Positions 52,060 to 64,000 of a DNA stretch of 64,000 nucleotides are shown piece after piece. Numbering within the stretch: the stretch's first letter is position 1; each line of letters begins with the position of its first letter. The position numbers and the translations under genes were made by a program. The notes below the pieces were generated by a model that was not told where the DNA came from, did not search any database, and saw only the letters and a program-made list of their open reading frames with translations. This stretch comes from Octopus sinensis (Eukaryota), in NCBI RefSeq assembly GCF_006345805.1, contig NC_042998.1:77128001-77192000 (forward strand). The letters are read 5' to 3'.

Positions 52060-53230
52060 GTGGGGTTGTGTTAACCACACGTGGAGAAATGATAGGAGAG
52101 GAAAAATTAATAACGCAGAATTCTAAAGTGAAAGTAATTTTTAATAAAAATGGGTGTATTAAAAATTAAGAAAATAAATCAAACCGGGCAAGGCCAATTT
52201 TCAAGATTTGGAAAAGAAAATTTTTTTTTGAAATTGAGGAAGGAGAAAAAAAAAATTTACAATGCTTTTTCAAAAAAATAATAAATATTTACAAAAATTA
52301 AGAAATAAGTATACCAATAAATTTTAGTGTCTTTATGCCTTTAGAGTTCAATATTAGTCCATGGAAAAACTTCTTTAGAGGATTAGGATGCATGTGTTGT
52401 GTTTTGTTTGAAAAGGTTGGATGTTTATATGTCAAAACAGGAAATGGGGTAGGAGTTATCCAGTTCCCTGTGAGTAAGGGGAGACAATTCTGTGGATTTT
52501 ATACTATTTAATTGGAATGCTGGATTTTTTGTCAAACAGGATGCTTTTATCTATTTTTTGTCAGACAGGATGCTAGAAAAAAGAATACGGTCACCGTGGA
52601 GTTTGCATATTAAGGAGCGTCTGGAATCATTCAATACAAAGATTCTCCTTGTTGATTCTTTCTTGTGTAGAGATTCTGCCTTTACATTGATAGAAAGGGA
52701 ATACATGAAATTTTGGGATTTTTATTTCTAGCGCAAGAATCTATGTGGCTACTGAGTGCAATATTGACAGTGTTATGGGATATTTATCTGTTCTTTATTG
52801 ATTTCTACTCTTCTGCGTAAAAGAAGTCTCGTTTGTCCGATATAATTCTGTTGGCAATCGGCACATGTAAGAACGTAAATGAGGTTCTCGGAGGAACAAG
52901 AAAAGTTGGTCTTGATTTTAAACTTTGTTCCTTGTTTCAAAGTAAATTCAGAGCTTTCAAGTAGGAAGGGGCAGATACCACAATTAGGGCGTGCACATTT
53001 TTTAACTAATGGGGGTGGATGTGCTGTATGAAGTTTGGCATTTGTTACGCGTTTTCTCAATGATTTATGTTGTCTTTTGCATTTAAGGACTATATGTGTA
53101 TTGATAATATTATTCATTTTGGGGTCTTCAAGACAACAAAAACACAGAAATCTAAAGAAATGCCACCAGAAAGACATTTAGGAGTAGGGAATCAAAAACA
53201 GAAAGACAAACGGGAATAAGGAACACCAGC
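52060..53230 (-). mobile_element. Penelope-like element 3' fragment (GIY-YIG)
   Basis: ORF 52773-53177: CARPNCGICP..SENLIYVLTCADCQQNYIGQT..RR; hammerhead remnant at 52176-52209. Confidence 0.88.
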
Positions 53231-53279
53231 GAGGTTTGTATGCTAACTTATTTGTTTTCATGAAATGTAAAGATACATA

Positions 53280-53600
53280 CTCTTTTGGAAGCACTCCGTC
53301 GGCTACGACGACGTGGGTTCATGTTGATCCGAATCAACGGAACAGCCTGCTCGTAAAATTAACGTGTAAGTGGCTGAGCACTCCACAGACACGTGTACCC
53401 TTAACGTAGTTCTCGGGGATATTCAGCGTGACACAGAGAGTGACAAGGCCGGCCCTTTGAAATACAGGTACAACAGAAACAGGAAGTAAGAGTGAGAGAA
53501 AGTTGTGGTGAAAGAGTACAGCAGGGATCACCACCATCCCCTGAAGGAACCTCGTGGAACTTTTAGGTGTTTTCGCTCAATAAACACTCACAACGCCCGG
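53280..53600 (-). mobile_element. SINE-like or RTE-tail-like repeat
   Basis: GC-richer island bounded by AT-rich sequence and microsatellite. The family call is from memory of octopus repeats; there is only one copy in the window. Confidence 0.4.
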
Positions 53601-53806
53601 TCTGGGAAAAGATACATACATACATACACACACATACATACATACAAACATACATACATACATACATACATACATACATACATACACACACACCACATAC
53701 ATATATATATATATATATATATAATATATATATATATATATGTATATATGTATATGGAAAAAAGGCCAAGGTAGAAGATGCCAAAAAATTTTATAAAAAA
53801 ACATTT

Positions 53807-53842
53807 CAATACCGGTTTCAGTCATTGAGACTTTTTCAATTG
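53807..53842 (-). ncRNA. Minimal hammerhead, U3-A8 variant core
   Basis: CAA UUGAAAA AGTC-tcaat-GACT GAAA CCGG UA TTG. Confidence 0.68.
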
Positions 53843-55559
53843 TAAGTATGGAAAAAAAAAATTAAATTTTGGAAAAAAGTAACAGAAAAGTCTTTTAAAA
53901 GAATATTTGCATAGTATTCAAATGCAAGCGGCATATTCTTTGCTTCTGTCTGTCTCTGTCTCTCTTCTTTACTCTTGTGGGTTCGAGGTCGTTGTGAATT
54001 CATGGTAGGGAGAAGAAGAAGAAGAAGAAGAAGAAGAAGGAGGAAGAGGAGGAGGAGAAGAAGAAGTAGCAGAAGAAGAAGAAGAAGAAGGAGAAGAAGA
54101 AGCAGAAGAAAAAGAAGAATACGGGAGTAGTATGTTAAATAGTCAAGTGCCCTTAAAGTGAACCCGTTGTGGATGGTAGTAGTGATTGAATTCTTGACAC
54201 GTCTATTTTGAAAGTTTTGTTTATAAAATTTGGGTAGGTGTCATTCTAAACAGCAATAGTTGTAAAGTTAGGAAGGAAGTGGTGAAGAGGAGAAAAGACG
54301 AAGAGGAAGAAGGAGAAGAAAGAGAAGGGAGAATAAGAAGGAATGTAGGTAGCATAATAGTAGTAAGGTGCTAAATGGTCAAATGAATTAAAAGTGATTC
54401 ATTATGGATTATAGCAGTGATTGGGACATTTTTTTAATGAATTGTTGGGAATCTCTTGAGTGTAACATTCTTAATATTTGCGCGTGTGTTTGTGTTATTC
54501 TAAGGCCGTGGTGAATATGTCGTTAGTTGTAGACGCGTTCAAAAGGGGTCCGTATTTTGTAATAAAGAGAGTCTCTTTATTAATTTGTTGGCTACAGGTT
54601 GTATCGTCCCTGAATTGGTAGAGGGGAAAATTCTGAAGCTTGGATTTTTGTTATTGGTGCAAATGTCGAGGTGTCGGCTGAATGCTATTTTTCTGTTTTG
54701 GGGAATTTTGATCGGGGATCTGTGCAGAGCCATTATTTTACGTAGAGTGCATTTTGTTTGGCCTATGCATTGCTCTTGACATCCAGAGAAGGTTAGTGCG
54801 TATATCAGGTTCTCCGAAGCATATGTGATGTTGCTTTCCACTTTGAAACGTTGTCCCTGTTTGAAGGAGAACTCTGATCCCTCAATTAAATTGACGCATA
54901 TTCCATAGTTGAGTCTTCCACATTTTTTTTACTGAAGGCTACCGTGTTGTTGTTGAGCGTATTCGGGCTTGTGTAAGGAGACTTCTCATAGATTTGAGTT
55001 GTCTCTTACTTTTTATGAGGGTTGTGTGTGGAGATGTATGGTAAGGCTTTCGGTTGTAAATCCTTCTTAAATTTGGGATGTCTGAGTTCCTGGATGTTGA
55101 GTTGAAGGGCACGTTAAAAGCATATGTCATTTAGTGAAGATGGGTAGTTCCTGGTAATGAGTGTATCCTTTACTTGATGTAGTCTTGTGTCTCTAGTGTT
55201 AGCATTAAAAACTATAGTACATATCCTTTTTGCTAGGTTGAAGAGGATATTCATTCTGATGCGTCTAGCGTGGCATGAGTTGAACGGTAGATATTGCTTG
55301 GAGTCCGTGGGTTTACAGTATATATTTGTTTCTATTAGGTCATTACATTTCTTAATAAGGATGTCCTTCTTCGCCTCCTTCTTTTTCTTCTTCTTCCCTA
55401 CCAAGAATTCACAAAGACCTCGAACCCACAAGAGTAAACAAGAGAGACAGAGACAGGCAGAAACAAGGAAAATGCCCCTTGAATTTGAATGCTATGCAAA
55501 TATTCTGTTAAAAAACTGTTCTTTTAACTTTTCCAAAATTTAATTGCTTTCCATACTTA

Positions 55560-55595
55560 CAGTTGAAAAAATCTCAATGACTGAAACCGGTACTG
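55560..55595 (+). ncRNA. Minimal hammerhead, U3-A8 variant core (inverted arm)
   Basis: CAG UUGAAAA AATC-tcaat-GACT GAAA CCGG UA CTG; one stem II mismatch. Confidence 0.62.
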
Positions 55596-56089
55596 AAATG
55601 TTTTTTATAAAATTATTTTAGCATCTTCTACCTTGACAATTTTTTCCCGAGATATATCAACTCGTGTGTTCCTTTTCAACCTTCTACATATCATTACCCC
55701 ACACGAGATACAGAAAATGCCGACGTGTGCGTGTGTGTGTTTACATTTAAAATCAAAATAGTTTACTATTTAAAAAGAACATTCATAAGATTGCATGCAA
55801 AGAATTAACATCACACAGTAGAACAAATTATTTTATTGGAATACATGTTTGGTTTACTATGATAATATTGTGGAATGGACGAAAAATAGCTTAACGAATG
55901 ATGAAAATATACTTATGCTTTGTGCGTGAAATCAAGAGAATAATGTGATGGGAAAATGCCGGATGTTGAAAGTGTTAAATCAACAAATTTATAACAATTA
56001 TTATTTGTTACACAGCCATTCCGTCCTCAGATGAGGCCTTTCGTCTAAATAAATCATGAATTGAATTTATTTTGTTGACATCTGACAAT

Positions 56090-56158
56090 ATGGCAGCCAA
56101 CAAATTCTGTAGCACACCGATGCTAGCAGTTATCCGTCAGGAGCTGAATTCAGAATGT
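56090..56158 (+). CDS. Weak candidate first coding exon (MAANKFCSTPMLAVIRQELNSEC)
   Basis: aatATGG context, GC-richer 69-nt open stretch, followed by gtaaga donor-like site. No recognisable homology and no downstream exon found. Confidence 0.2.
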
Positions 56159-56944
56159 GTAAGATTCAATTACTTAGTACGGGATTTTTAGTCCCGTATT
56201 CTATCGTTTCTATACTCACACTGTACAAACAACATCAACGATTAATTTGATACTATTTATTATTTAATGCAAAGAAGAGTATTGATGGGCAGAATCTAAA
56301 ATGAGCCACAAAAACTGTCTTGGTGTATTTGTTTCTGTTCTGATTTTAAATTATTTATGTTACCAACTTAGGTTTTCATTCTTTCGGGATTGCAAAAATA
56401 AAGTATCAGCAAAGTAGTATGGTGTATGGAATCGTCTAAACGATTCCTCAAAATTGGCTTTTTGCTTTTGCGAGAAACAAATATAAATTGGAGTTACAAT
56501 ATATAGGCAAAATTGGTGGAGCCTCGGCTCAAATACCTTGTGATATTTAATCGTATTATTTTACATCTTCAGACTTTACCGTTTATTCTTACGGCTCGAT
56601 GAAATATATTCTGGTCGGTTCAATACAATACTAAATCTTAAAATATTTAGCTCAATGACAATATGAAAACTAACGGTTATTAGTAGCTTCAAAGCTGTAC
56701 AAAACATACTGTAAAAAGTTTGTGCTCTACTTTGTAAGGTTCAAATATCACACCAGAATAAACTTATCTTTCCTTGTAACTTGTGAATATAATACCCATT
56801 CCGTGATTGTATTCCATTATCTTTACACCTTTTCAATAGACTTGTGCTTTTGTGGTAGAGTGAGAAATCATTTTCTTTTATGCTCTTTTGACTCAATCAA
56901 ACCTCAATGACTACTTTCACTTGTAGCGCACCCAATATATTATA

Positions 56945-57481
56945 TTGGGTTGTCCGGAATGTTTGTGCCGATTTATATTAGCTTACCATTCGACTTAAAT
57001 TAGAACATGATTGAGTCCATAAAATAGGATTTTACTACACTTCCATTTATAGCACAGTTTAAGCTATCTTTTCGTGGAAGAAGGTTTATGTTCCTATAAC
57101 CTGTGTTAATTATGTAACCCTTTAAAATGGAAGATAAGAAAGTTCATTTTCGGCACTTGATGCTTTGGGAACCAGATGAAAATTGCTGCAGCTCAGCTGG
57201 GATGTTACCCCACCCTCCATGTTCCCCAGATATTACTCCTTCGGATTTCCATAGTCTTAATGGTAAAACTTTCAATTCCTTGGATGACTTAAAAAGATAC
57301 ATTGAGGAATTCTTTGCCATGAAACCACCTCAATTCTGGGAAGAGAGTATTTTCAAGTTAAAGATGGAGACGCATTGTGCAACAACATGGTTCATATTTG
57401 GTTGATTAAAATGTAATGGCGAGTATTTATTGACCTTTTTCATTCCTTTAAAAATCAGCACCAACTTTCCGGACAGCCCAA
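56945..57481 (+). mobile_element. Internally deleted mariner (non-autonomous)
   Basis: TIRs TTGGGTTGTCCGGAA and TTCCGGACAGCCCAA flanked by TA; ORF fuses the transposase N-terminus (MEDKKVHFRHLMLWE) to its C-terminus (PHPPCSPDITPSDFH). Confidence 0.88.
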
Positions 57482-58021
57482 TATATTATATATTCTCTCT
57501 TAATAGTCTCAGCGCTAATTAATTCTAGTGAACCCATACGATTTTCGTTGATATCTAACATTCAAACATGCAAACAATTCAAAATTAAACGTTCTGGATT
57601 ACCTTAAACAGAATATATAATATTTATAGTATCAATATAACAGCACCAATACTGAGTGCCTAGTTTAGATTGGCACACATTCTTCACTATAAGGTTTATT
57701 CAAGATTACACACTTTGCCTGCAGCATCTTTTCAGGTTTTTCAAGCTACGAAATCAATTTGATTATACAATGCGAACGAGGAATATCCACTTTTTCAATC
57801 ATGTAATCGAGGAGAAATAAATTATTAATAATCGTATACTTACACACTTCTCTGTCGATGATTATACATTTCGACAAAACGGTTTTCACACGTCAGGGTG
57901 GAAGTCTTTTAAACTGTATTTCTTTGAGTTTGCATTATGTTAATTCCATTTTTTTCATTAATTTCATATATGAATATTCTTTGTTTTATGTATTTCATTT
58001 TGAATTCAACAGAACTCGTAT

Positions 58022-58333
58022 TTTATGCACACCACAAGCACTAGAGAGTAACAAAGTTTGTACGGTTCAACAAAAGCCAACGTAGGTGGCATGATTGTTT
58101 CAGAGTAACAGGTAACAAATATAGTGACCAAAATATGCATTCCGAATATTTACACGCATTATCGAGCATTTCGAGAGTAACCATTTTAATATTGGCAGCA
58201 TATATATATGCCTGTACGATAGTCATGCATACCGACACTTACACACATAGGTGAGTATATATACATATTCATACATATATATATATGTATGAATATGTAT
58301 ATATATGTATGTGTATATATATATATATATAAT

Positions 58334-58370
<37 letters not shown>

Positions 58371-58418
58371 CATATATATATAATATATATATATATATTA
58401 ATATATATATATATATTA

Positions 58419-58450
<32 letters not shown>

Positions 58451-58515
58451 TAGATATATATATATATATATATATATCTTATAATCTTATATATATATAA
58501 TATTATATATATATA

Positions 58516-58555
<40 letters not shown>

Positions 58556-59248
58556 ATATATATATATATAATATATATCTATATATATAAATTATATATA
58601 TATATATATATTAATATATATATGTATATATTATATATATCTATATATATATATATATATAATATATATATACATACATACATATATTCACGCACCACAC
58701 AAGCACCTCAATATTCTTTCTCTAGCAGAAGCATGATACTGTTGTATTAGTAAGAACACAAAATATATAAATGGGAATTTATAGCATTGATGCCTTTTCC
58801 CAATATGATTTTAACGTAAACGAAGTGACAGATTTATTCTTATGAAACTAGGGTTATTATACGCACCAGAATCATTTTGAGAGTAACATGTGTTGCACGA
58901 TTGTATATGAAAATTTCAGTGGGAGTTCAGAGAAATGTTTTAAAGACAGTAGTGTAAATAGCATATCTAAGAAACAAACACAGGTGAAACTGTACTTTCC
59001 AAAAAATAATAGTATTTACTAATTCTTCAGCTAAACAATATCCGAAAGGAAAATGTTAAAAAAATGATGATTTTAAAATCCTTTTTTTAAAACTCACATT
59101 TGAATACAGAATTAAATACTTAAGATGTAAATGAGAAAATACAATAATCATTCTTATCCTAAATATATGTTCGAAGTTCCTAAAGTGATTTAGATTTTGT
59201 TCATACAAATAACACATTATATGCACACGTAACATTTCGAGAGTAACA
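58022..59248. promoter_or_regulatory. Cluster of a dispersed bipartite motif TAYRYGCAY-N6/7-CATTTYGAGAGTAAC
   Basis: AGAGTAAC at about 58045, 58102, 58174, 58880 and 59240, all on one strand; three have the full CATTTYGAGAGTAAC. Confidence 0.45.
58255..58685. repeat. Long interrupted (TA)n tract, representative of dozens of (TA)n, (CA)n, (TACA)n, (TCTA)n and (TTA)n tracts in the window
   Basis: Seen directly; these tracts generate the [12 protein letters not shown] and VCMY pseudo-ORFs. Confidence 0.95.
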
Positions 59249-59920
59249 GTGATTCTCAATTAAAACTTATAGAAAACTTCTTGAAGTTAACACTGAAAAT
59301 ATTATAGCTTACAAAACATTGAGAACATAAACATTATTTAAAATTTTCTTTCGCTTATGAAATATTAAAGTGTATTGAAAATATATTGAGTATGAGGAAA
59401 TAAGAAAAAGACAAAATTAGAATATTTCTTAAGAAAAGAGAAAAAAAAAGTTGATGTAGAAATCCTAATAGTGTCGTTTGAATTATTCAAACACTTGTAT
59501 AAAATAACTAAGTAACAAATTTTGACTATTAAAAGCATAGAGAACGTTACACAAATTCATTATCAGACAAATTGATGTGGATTTAGAAAGCATTTCAAAA
59601 TAAGAGTCAGCTGGCAAAAATACTTCTTTCTCAATAGAGCCCACCGCACACAAAAAGAAAGATGAACGAACGAAAAACACACCAAACAATCCTCAAAACA
59701 GTAATGATTTATTTGATGTAAAGATCAAAAACTTGTAAGAATAGGACACAAAGACTAGAACATGATATGATAAAATAAGAAAATCCTTTGATTTTTTTTT
59801 TATCATATTGCTGTATAAAATGAAAAAGAGAGATATAAAATTAGCAATATAAATGTAATAAACAAGTAATTATCAATGGGTACAAATATATTATATTACA
59901 TAACGTAAATCTATGAGATT

Positions 59921-59964
<44 letters not shown>

Positions 59965-59998
59965 CACATATATATATATATACACACACACACCACAC

Positions 59999-60043
<45 letters not shown>

Positions 60044-60924
60044 TATATTTATATATATATATACATATATATATATTATATATATATATACATATATATA
60101 TATTTATATATATATATACATATATATTATGTATTTTATATTTATATTATATATACATATATATTATTTTATGTATATATATATATATACATATCTAATA
60201 TATACACACATATATATATATATATATATATACACAAAACAAAAGAAAAATGTTGAAGTGAGCATAACTTCTTTATCTCCTGATATAGAATGTTGTTTTC
60301 ACTTTAACTATTAACGTTAACAACAATTAGATCAAATTCAATAACTTTTGAAGCTAAGATTTAAAATGTTATGACTAATACTGGCTCCAGTGAAGACCAA
60401 TCGTTATACTTAATTTAAGTAACAAAGTGAAAATTATACGTGCAACATAATTATACGTGTAACATAATGACACAAAATAATATAATGACACGAATTTTAT
60501 ATCCAGATGTATATAAATATATTTGTATACAAATACATTTGCATATGTATGTGTGTATATGCACAAACGGTAAGAGCATGAAAACTAGGAAACGTATGGC
60601 TGTGAATCTGCATTTCAGACGTCGTATTCAAATTTATGTATAGTTATGTATGTATCGATATTATATTTAGAAATATTTGTTAACAAATCATCTCTTGTAA
60701 TTTTCCTTTTTATAGTTATGATAGTGTTATTGATATTTATGATATATAAAAAAAGAAACCTTTGATGCAAATAATTGATAATGAATAAACCAGTTGTTTC
60801 CCATGATTTCAAACATATGTTTTGAATGTTAAATGGCAATTATATTTATATACGTCCTATAGAATGGTTTGGGAAATAGTTGATTAAATTTAACATTTAA
60901 GCTTGTAATATATCTATATATATA

Positions 60925-60956
<32 letters not shown>

Positions 60957-61177
60957 GTATTGTATAAAGGATGGTGGGAAGGGCCAACACAATGCGAAGT
61001 AAAAGCATGGTAAATCACAAAAAAGCAAATATGTGAATTAATGTTGACATTAAATATTTCGGGTGATATGACCCCATTTTCAAGGATGAGACGAACGTTG
61101 CCGATGTGAGTGTGTGTGTGTATATATATGTGTATATATATGTGTGTATATATATATATATATATTATATATATATC

Positions 61178-61209
<32 letters not shown>

Positions 61210-61433
61210 ATACATACATATATGTATAAATGTATACATATATATATATATATTATATGTGTATATATATAATATATATATTACTGTGTGAAATTTTAGT
61301 ATGGTCCTACTCAGGATATGATTAAGAATAATGAACTGACATCACAAACAAAAAATATACTACTTACCTTATGAAACATGTAACATCATCGTTCATTAAC
61401 TAGTTTTTGATATCGGGTGAATGTAAAATCATA

Positions 61434-61496
<63 letters not shown>

Positions 61497-61610
61497 ATCT
61501 GTGTTTATGCATGTTTATGCATGCATGCATGCAAGCATGTATTTATGTATGTACGTACGTATGAATGTATGTATGTATGTTGTATGTATGTATGTATGTA
61601 TATATGTATG

Positions 61611-61665
<55 letters not shown>

Positions 61666-62471
61666 TATGTATATATATATATGCATGTGTGTATGTGTGC
61701 GTGAGTGTGTCTGTCTCTTTGTTCTAGTATGTATGGCATGGAATTTATGGAAATGTATGGAAACTCTCTTTGTATGTGTATAACCAATGTTTGGAAGATT
61801 ATTTCGTTCGTTTACACGAATACTAAATAACGTCAATATTTTAATCATTGCTATGTTAACGAACTGGCAGAATCGCTAACATGCTGGGATCGAATTAATG
61901 AACTAATCCACCGGCCCGAAATTGGAGCCCTTAGTTGCGTTAGGCCCCAAAAAGCTAGGGTTTAAAATATTTGGAGGTTAGCTACAAAATATATACAGCA
62001 TATACAAACACCAAACAAAGAAATGCTTGGTCGTCGAGAAGAGTTAACACTCTTAAGACACCAATGCATTATTTCAGAATTTGCTTCTTTGAATATCGCA
62101 AGAACTGAATAAACGGGAATAGACATATATTCTGAAGAGATTATGGATAGCCAAGGATATTATTGTTCACAGAAATTTGTGTATATTTCATATATACATG
62201 ATAAAAAAATATATATCTAGTAATCAAATCGTTGTGTTTAAATAATGTTTTACAATCAGCCATCACAACCACCACCACCACCACCACCACCATGCATATA
62301 TAGAAATGAATAAAGGCAACTGTGATGAGTCAACAAAACAAGTACCAGCAATACGTTGCTTCTTCCTGTTTAGCATTACAGTCCTCATGATTAATCAATA
62401 GCTTGATCGTTATGACAGACGTATATATGACAATGCATTAACGTATTTCGTTTGTCATTGTGTTCCAGTTT

Positions 62472-62557
<86 letters not shown>

Positions 62558-62590
62558 GTCTATCTATCTATCTATCTATCTGTCTATCTG

Positions 62591-62652
<62 letters not shown>

Positions 62653-62767
62653 CTCTATCTATCTATCTATCTATCTGTCTCTCCGTATGTCTATCTCTTA
62701 GTCTGTTTGGCTCTCTGTCTATGTATGTACATATGTATGTATGTATGTAGGTAGGTAGGTATGTATC

Positions 62768-62831
<64 letters not shown>

Positions 62832-63422
62832 TAAATTTACAATTTTCTATGGTCTCTATTAGCATCATCTATACATTGTTTAATATCTGTTAGAAAGTGT
62901 GAAGTGAAATCCAACTTTGGATTAGTGTTAATTATATTACAAAGTGAAAATAATAATAATAGTAATGTGAAGAGAGAGAGAGATTATAACTGTGTAAACG
63001 TGGAGAGGAGGAGCAATGGTGCAGAGATTAAAAAGAAATAAGTAACAACATACCATTTTCAGCATTAAAATAGTTCTGATCACCCGCATCCTCTTCAATG
63101 TCAATATCCACCACTACTTACTTAACTGCGCCTGATTCCACAACAACGTCGCCACTCTTCACATCAGTTTCAATTTCAGTGTCCTTGTTTTTTTCATAAC
63201 TACTCATTTCTCCTGTTCTTCTTTTCCGCCTCCTCCCTGTCATAACCATTGGCATCGTCACCATCGTCGTCATCATTATCAATATCATTTTTAACATCTG
63301 CACCTTCAGCATCATCAGCCTTATGATCAACGTCGCCGCTGTAGTTGTGATCATCACGGCCATATCGCAATCAATAAGTTACTTTTCTAGTCGCCATTTT
63401 TTATATTATTTTATAAGATTAT

Positions 63423-63970
63423 GGCGGCGAGCTAATAGAATCGTTACCAGGCCGAGTAAAATGCGTTGCCGTGTTTCGTCCGCCCTTTACGTTGTAAGTT
63501 CAAGTTCCTTTCGAAGTAGATAAAATAAGTAAGTGCCAAAATTTGAAATTAATATATATTTAGAAGAAGGCAGTGATCCGGCAGAAACGTTAGCACGCCG
63601 GGCGAAATGCTTAGCGGTATTTCGTCTGTCTTTACATTCTGGTTTCAAATTCCGCCGAGGTGGACTTTGCCTTTCATCCTTTCAGAGTCGATAGATTGAG
63701 TACCAGTTACGTACTGGGGTCGATCAAATCGACTGGCCCCTCCCCCAAAATTTCGGGCCTTGTGCCTAGAGTAGAAATGAATATTTATTTAGAAGATTAT
63801 GGCGGCGAGCTGTCACAGAAATTATCACGCCAAGCAAAATGCTTAGTAGCATTTCGTCTGACTTTTCGTTCTGAGTTCAAAAGCCTTTCATATTTTCGTA
63901 GTCGATATAATCGACTTACTCGCTGACCGTTAAATTGCTGGCACTGAGCCAAAATTTGAAACCAATATTT
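63423..63970 (+). mobile_element. Cluster of three tandem Deu/Nin-like SINE copies
   Basis: Heads at 63423, 63569 and 63801 match the 35107 family. Confidence 0.8.
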
Positions 63971-64000
63971 ATTTATAACATTATTGAAAAAACTGTTTCT

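Larger units (their letters stand above)
53767..55635 (-). mobile_element. 5'-truncated Penelope-like element with inverted terminal repeats (53767-54040 and 55370-55635)
   Basis: Body: TNIYCKPTDSKQYL.FNSCH (RT thumb) and SENLIYALT.SGCQEQCIGQT (GIY-YIG); the arms are reverse complements over about 270 bp. Confidence 0.9.

Noticed and set aside
56015-56050. GACGAAAGGCCTC-at-CTGAGGA on the minus strand resembling a type II hammerhead
   Set aside because: Only 2 nt lie where stem-loop I must form.
63060-63400. 81-aa minus-strand ORF and its acidic alternative frame
   Set aside because: A decayed (GAT)n-type low-complexity tract with no splice or homology support.

Overview
This is AT-rich, microsatellite-saturated animal DNA. 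The SINE families and repeat landscape point to an octopus genome, which is my inference from pattern recognition and not a database match. I cannot support any host protein-coding gene; the one weak candidate is a short exon at 56090-56158. Most of the ORF track is translated microsatellite or the antisense of transposons. The window is a graveyard of decayed elements: a near-full-length R4/Dong retrotransposon, CR1-group LINEs, a Tx1/L1 3' end, several Penelope-like elements (PLEs, GIY-YIG), a truncated Gypsy with one LTR, Tc1/mariner elements, a tandem Helitron array, and CORE-type and Deu/Nin-type SINEs. The most interesting signal is in the RNA structure. Four foldback structures (27.1-28.2, 47.0-47.5, 49.0-49.2 and 53.8-55.6 kb) each carry hammerhead-ribozyme motifs, from intact to decayed, facing outward on opposite strands. 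One is a near-perfect 154-bp palindrome holding two hammerheads with canonical cores. Another is a PLE whose two hammerheads use the U3-A8 variant core and differ by a compensatory stem I change. Coordinates were read by eye; element edges may be off by a few to a few tens of bases.
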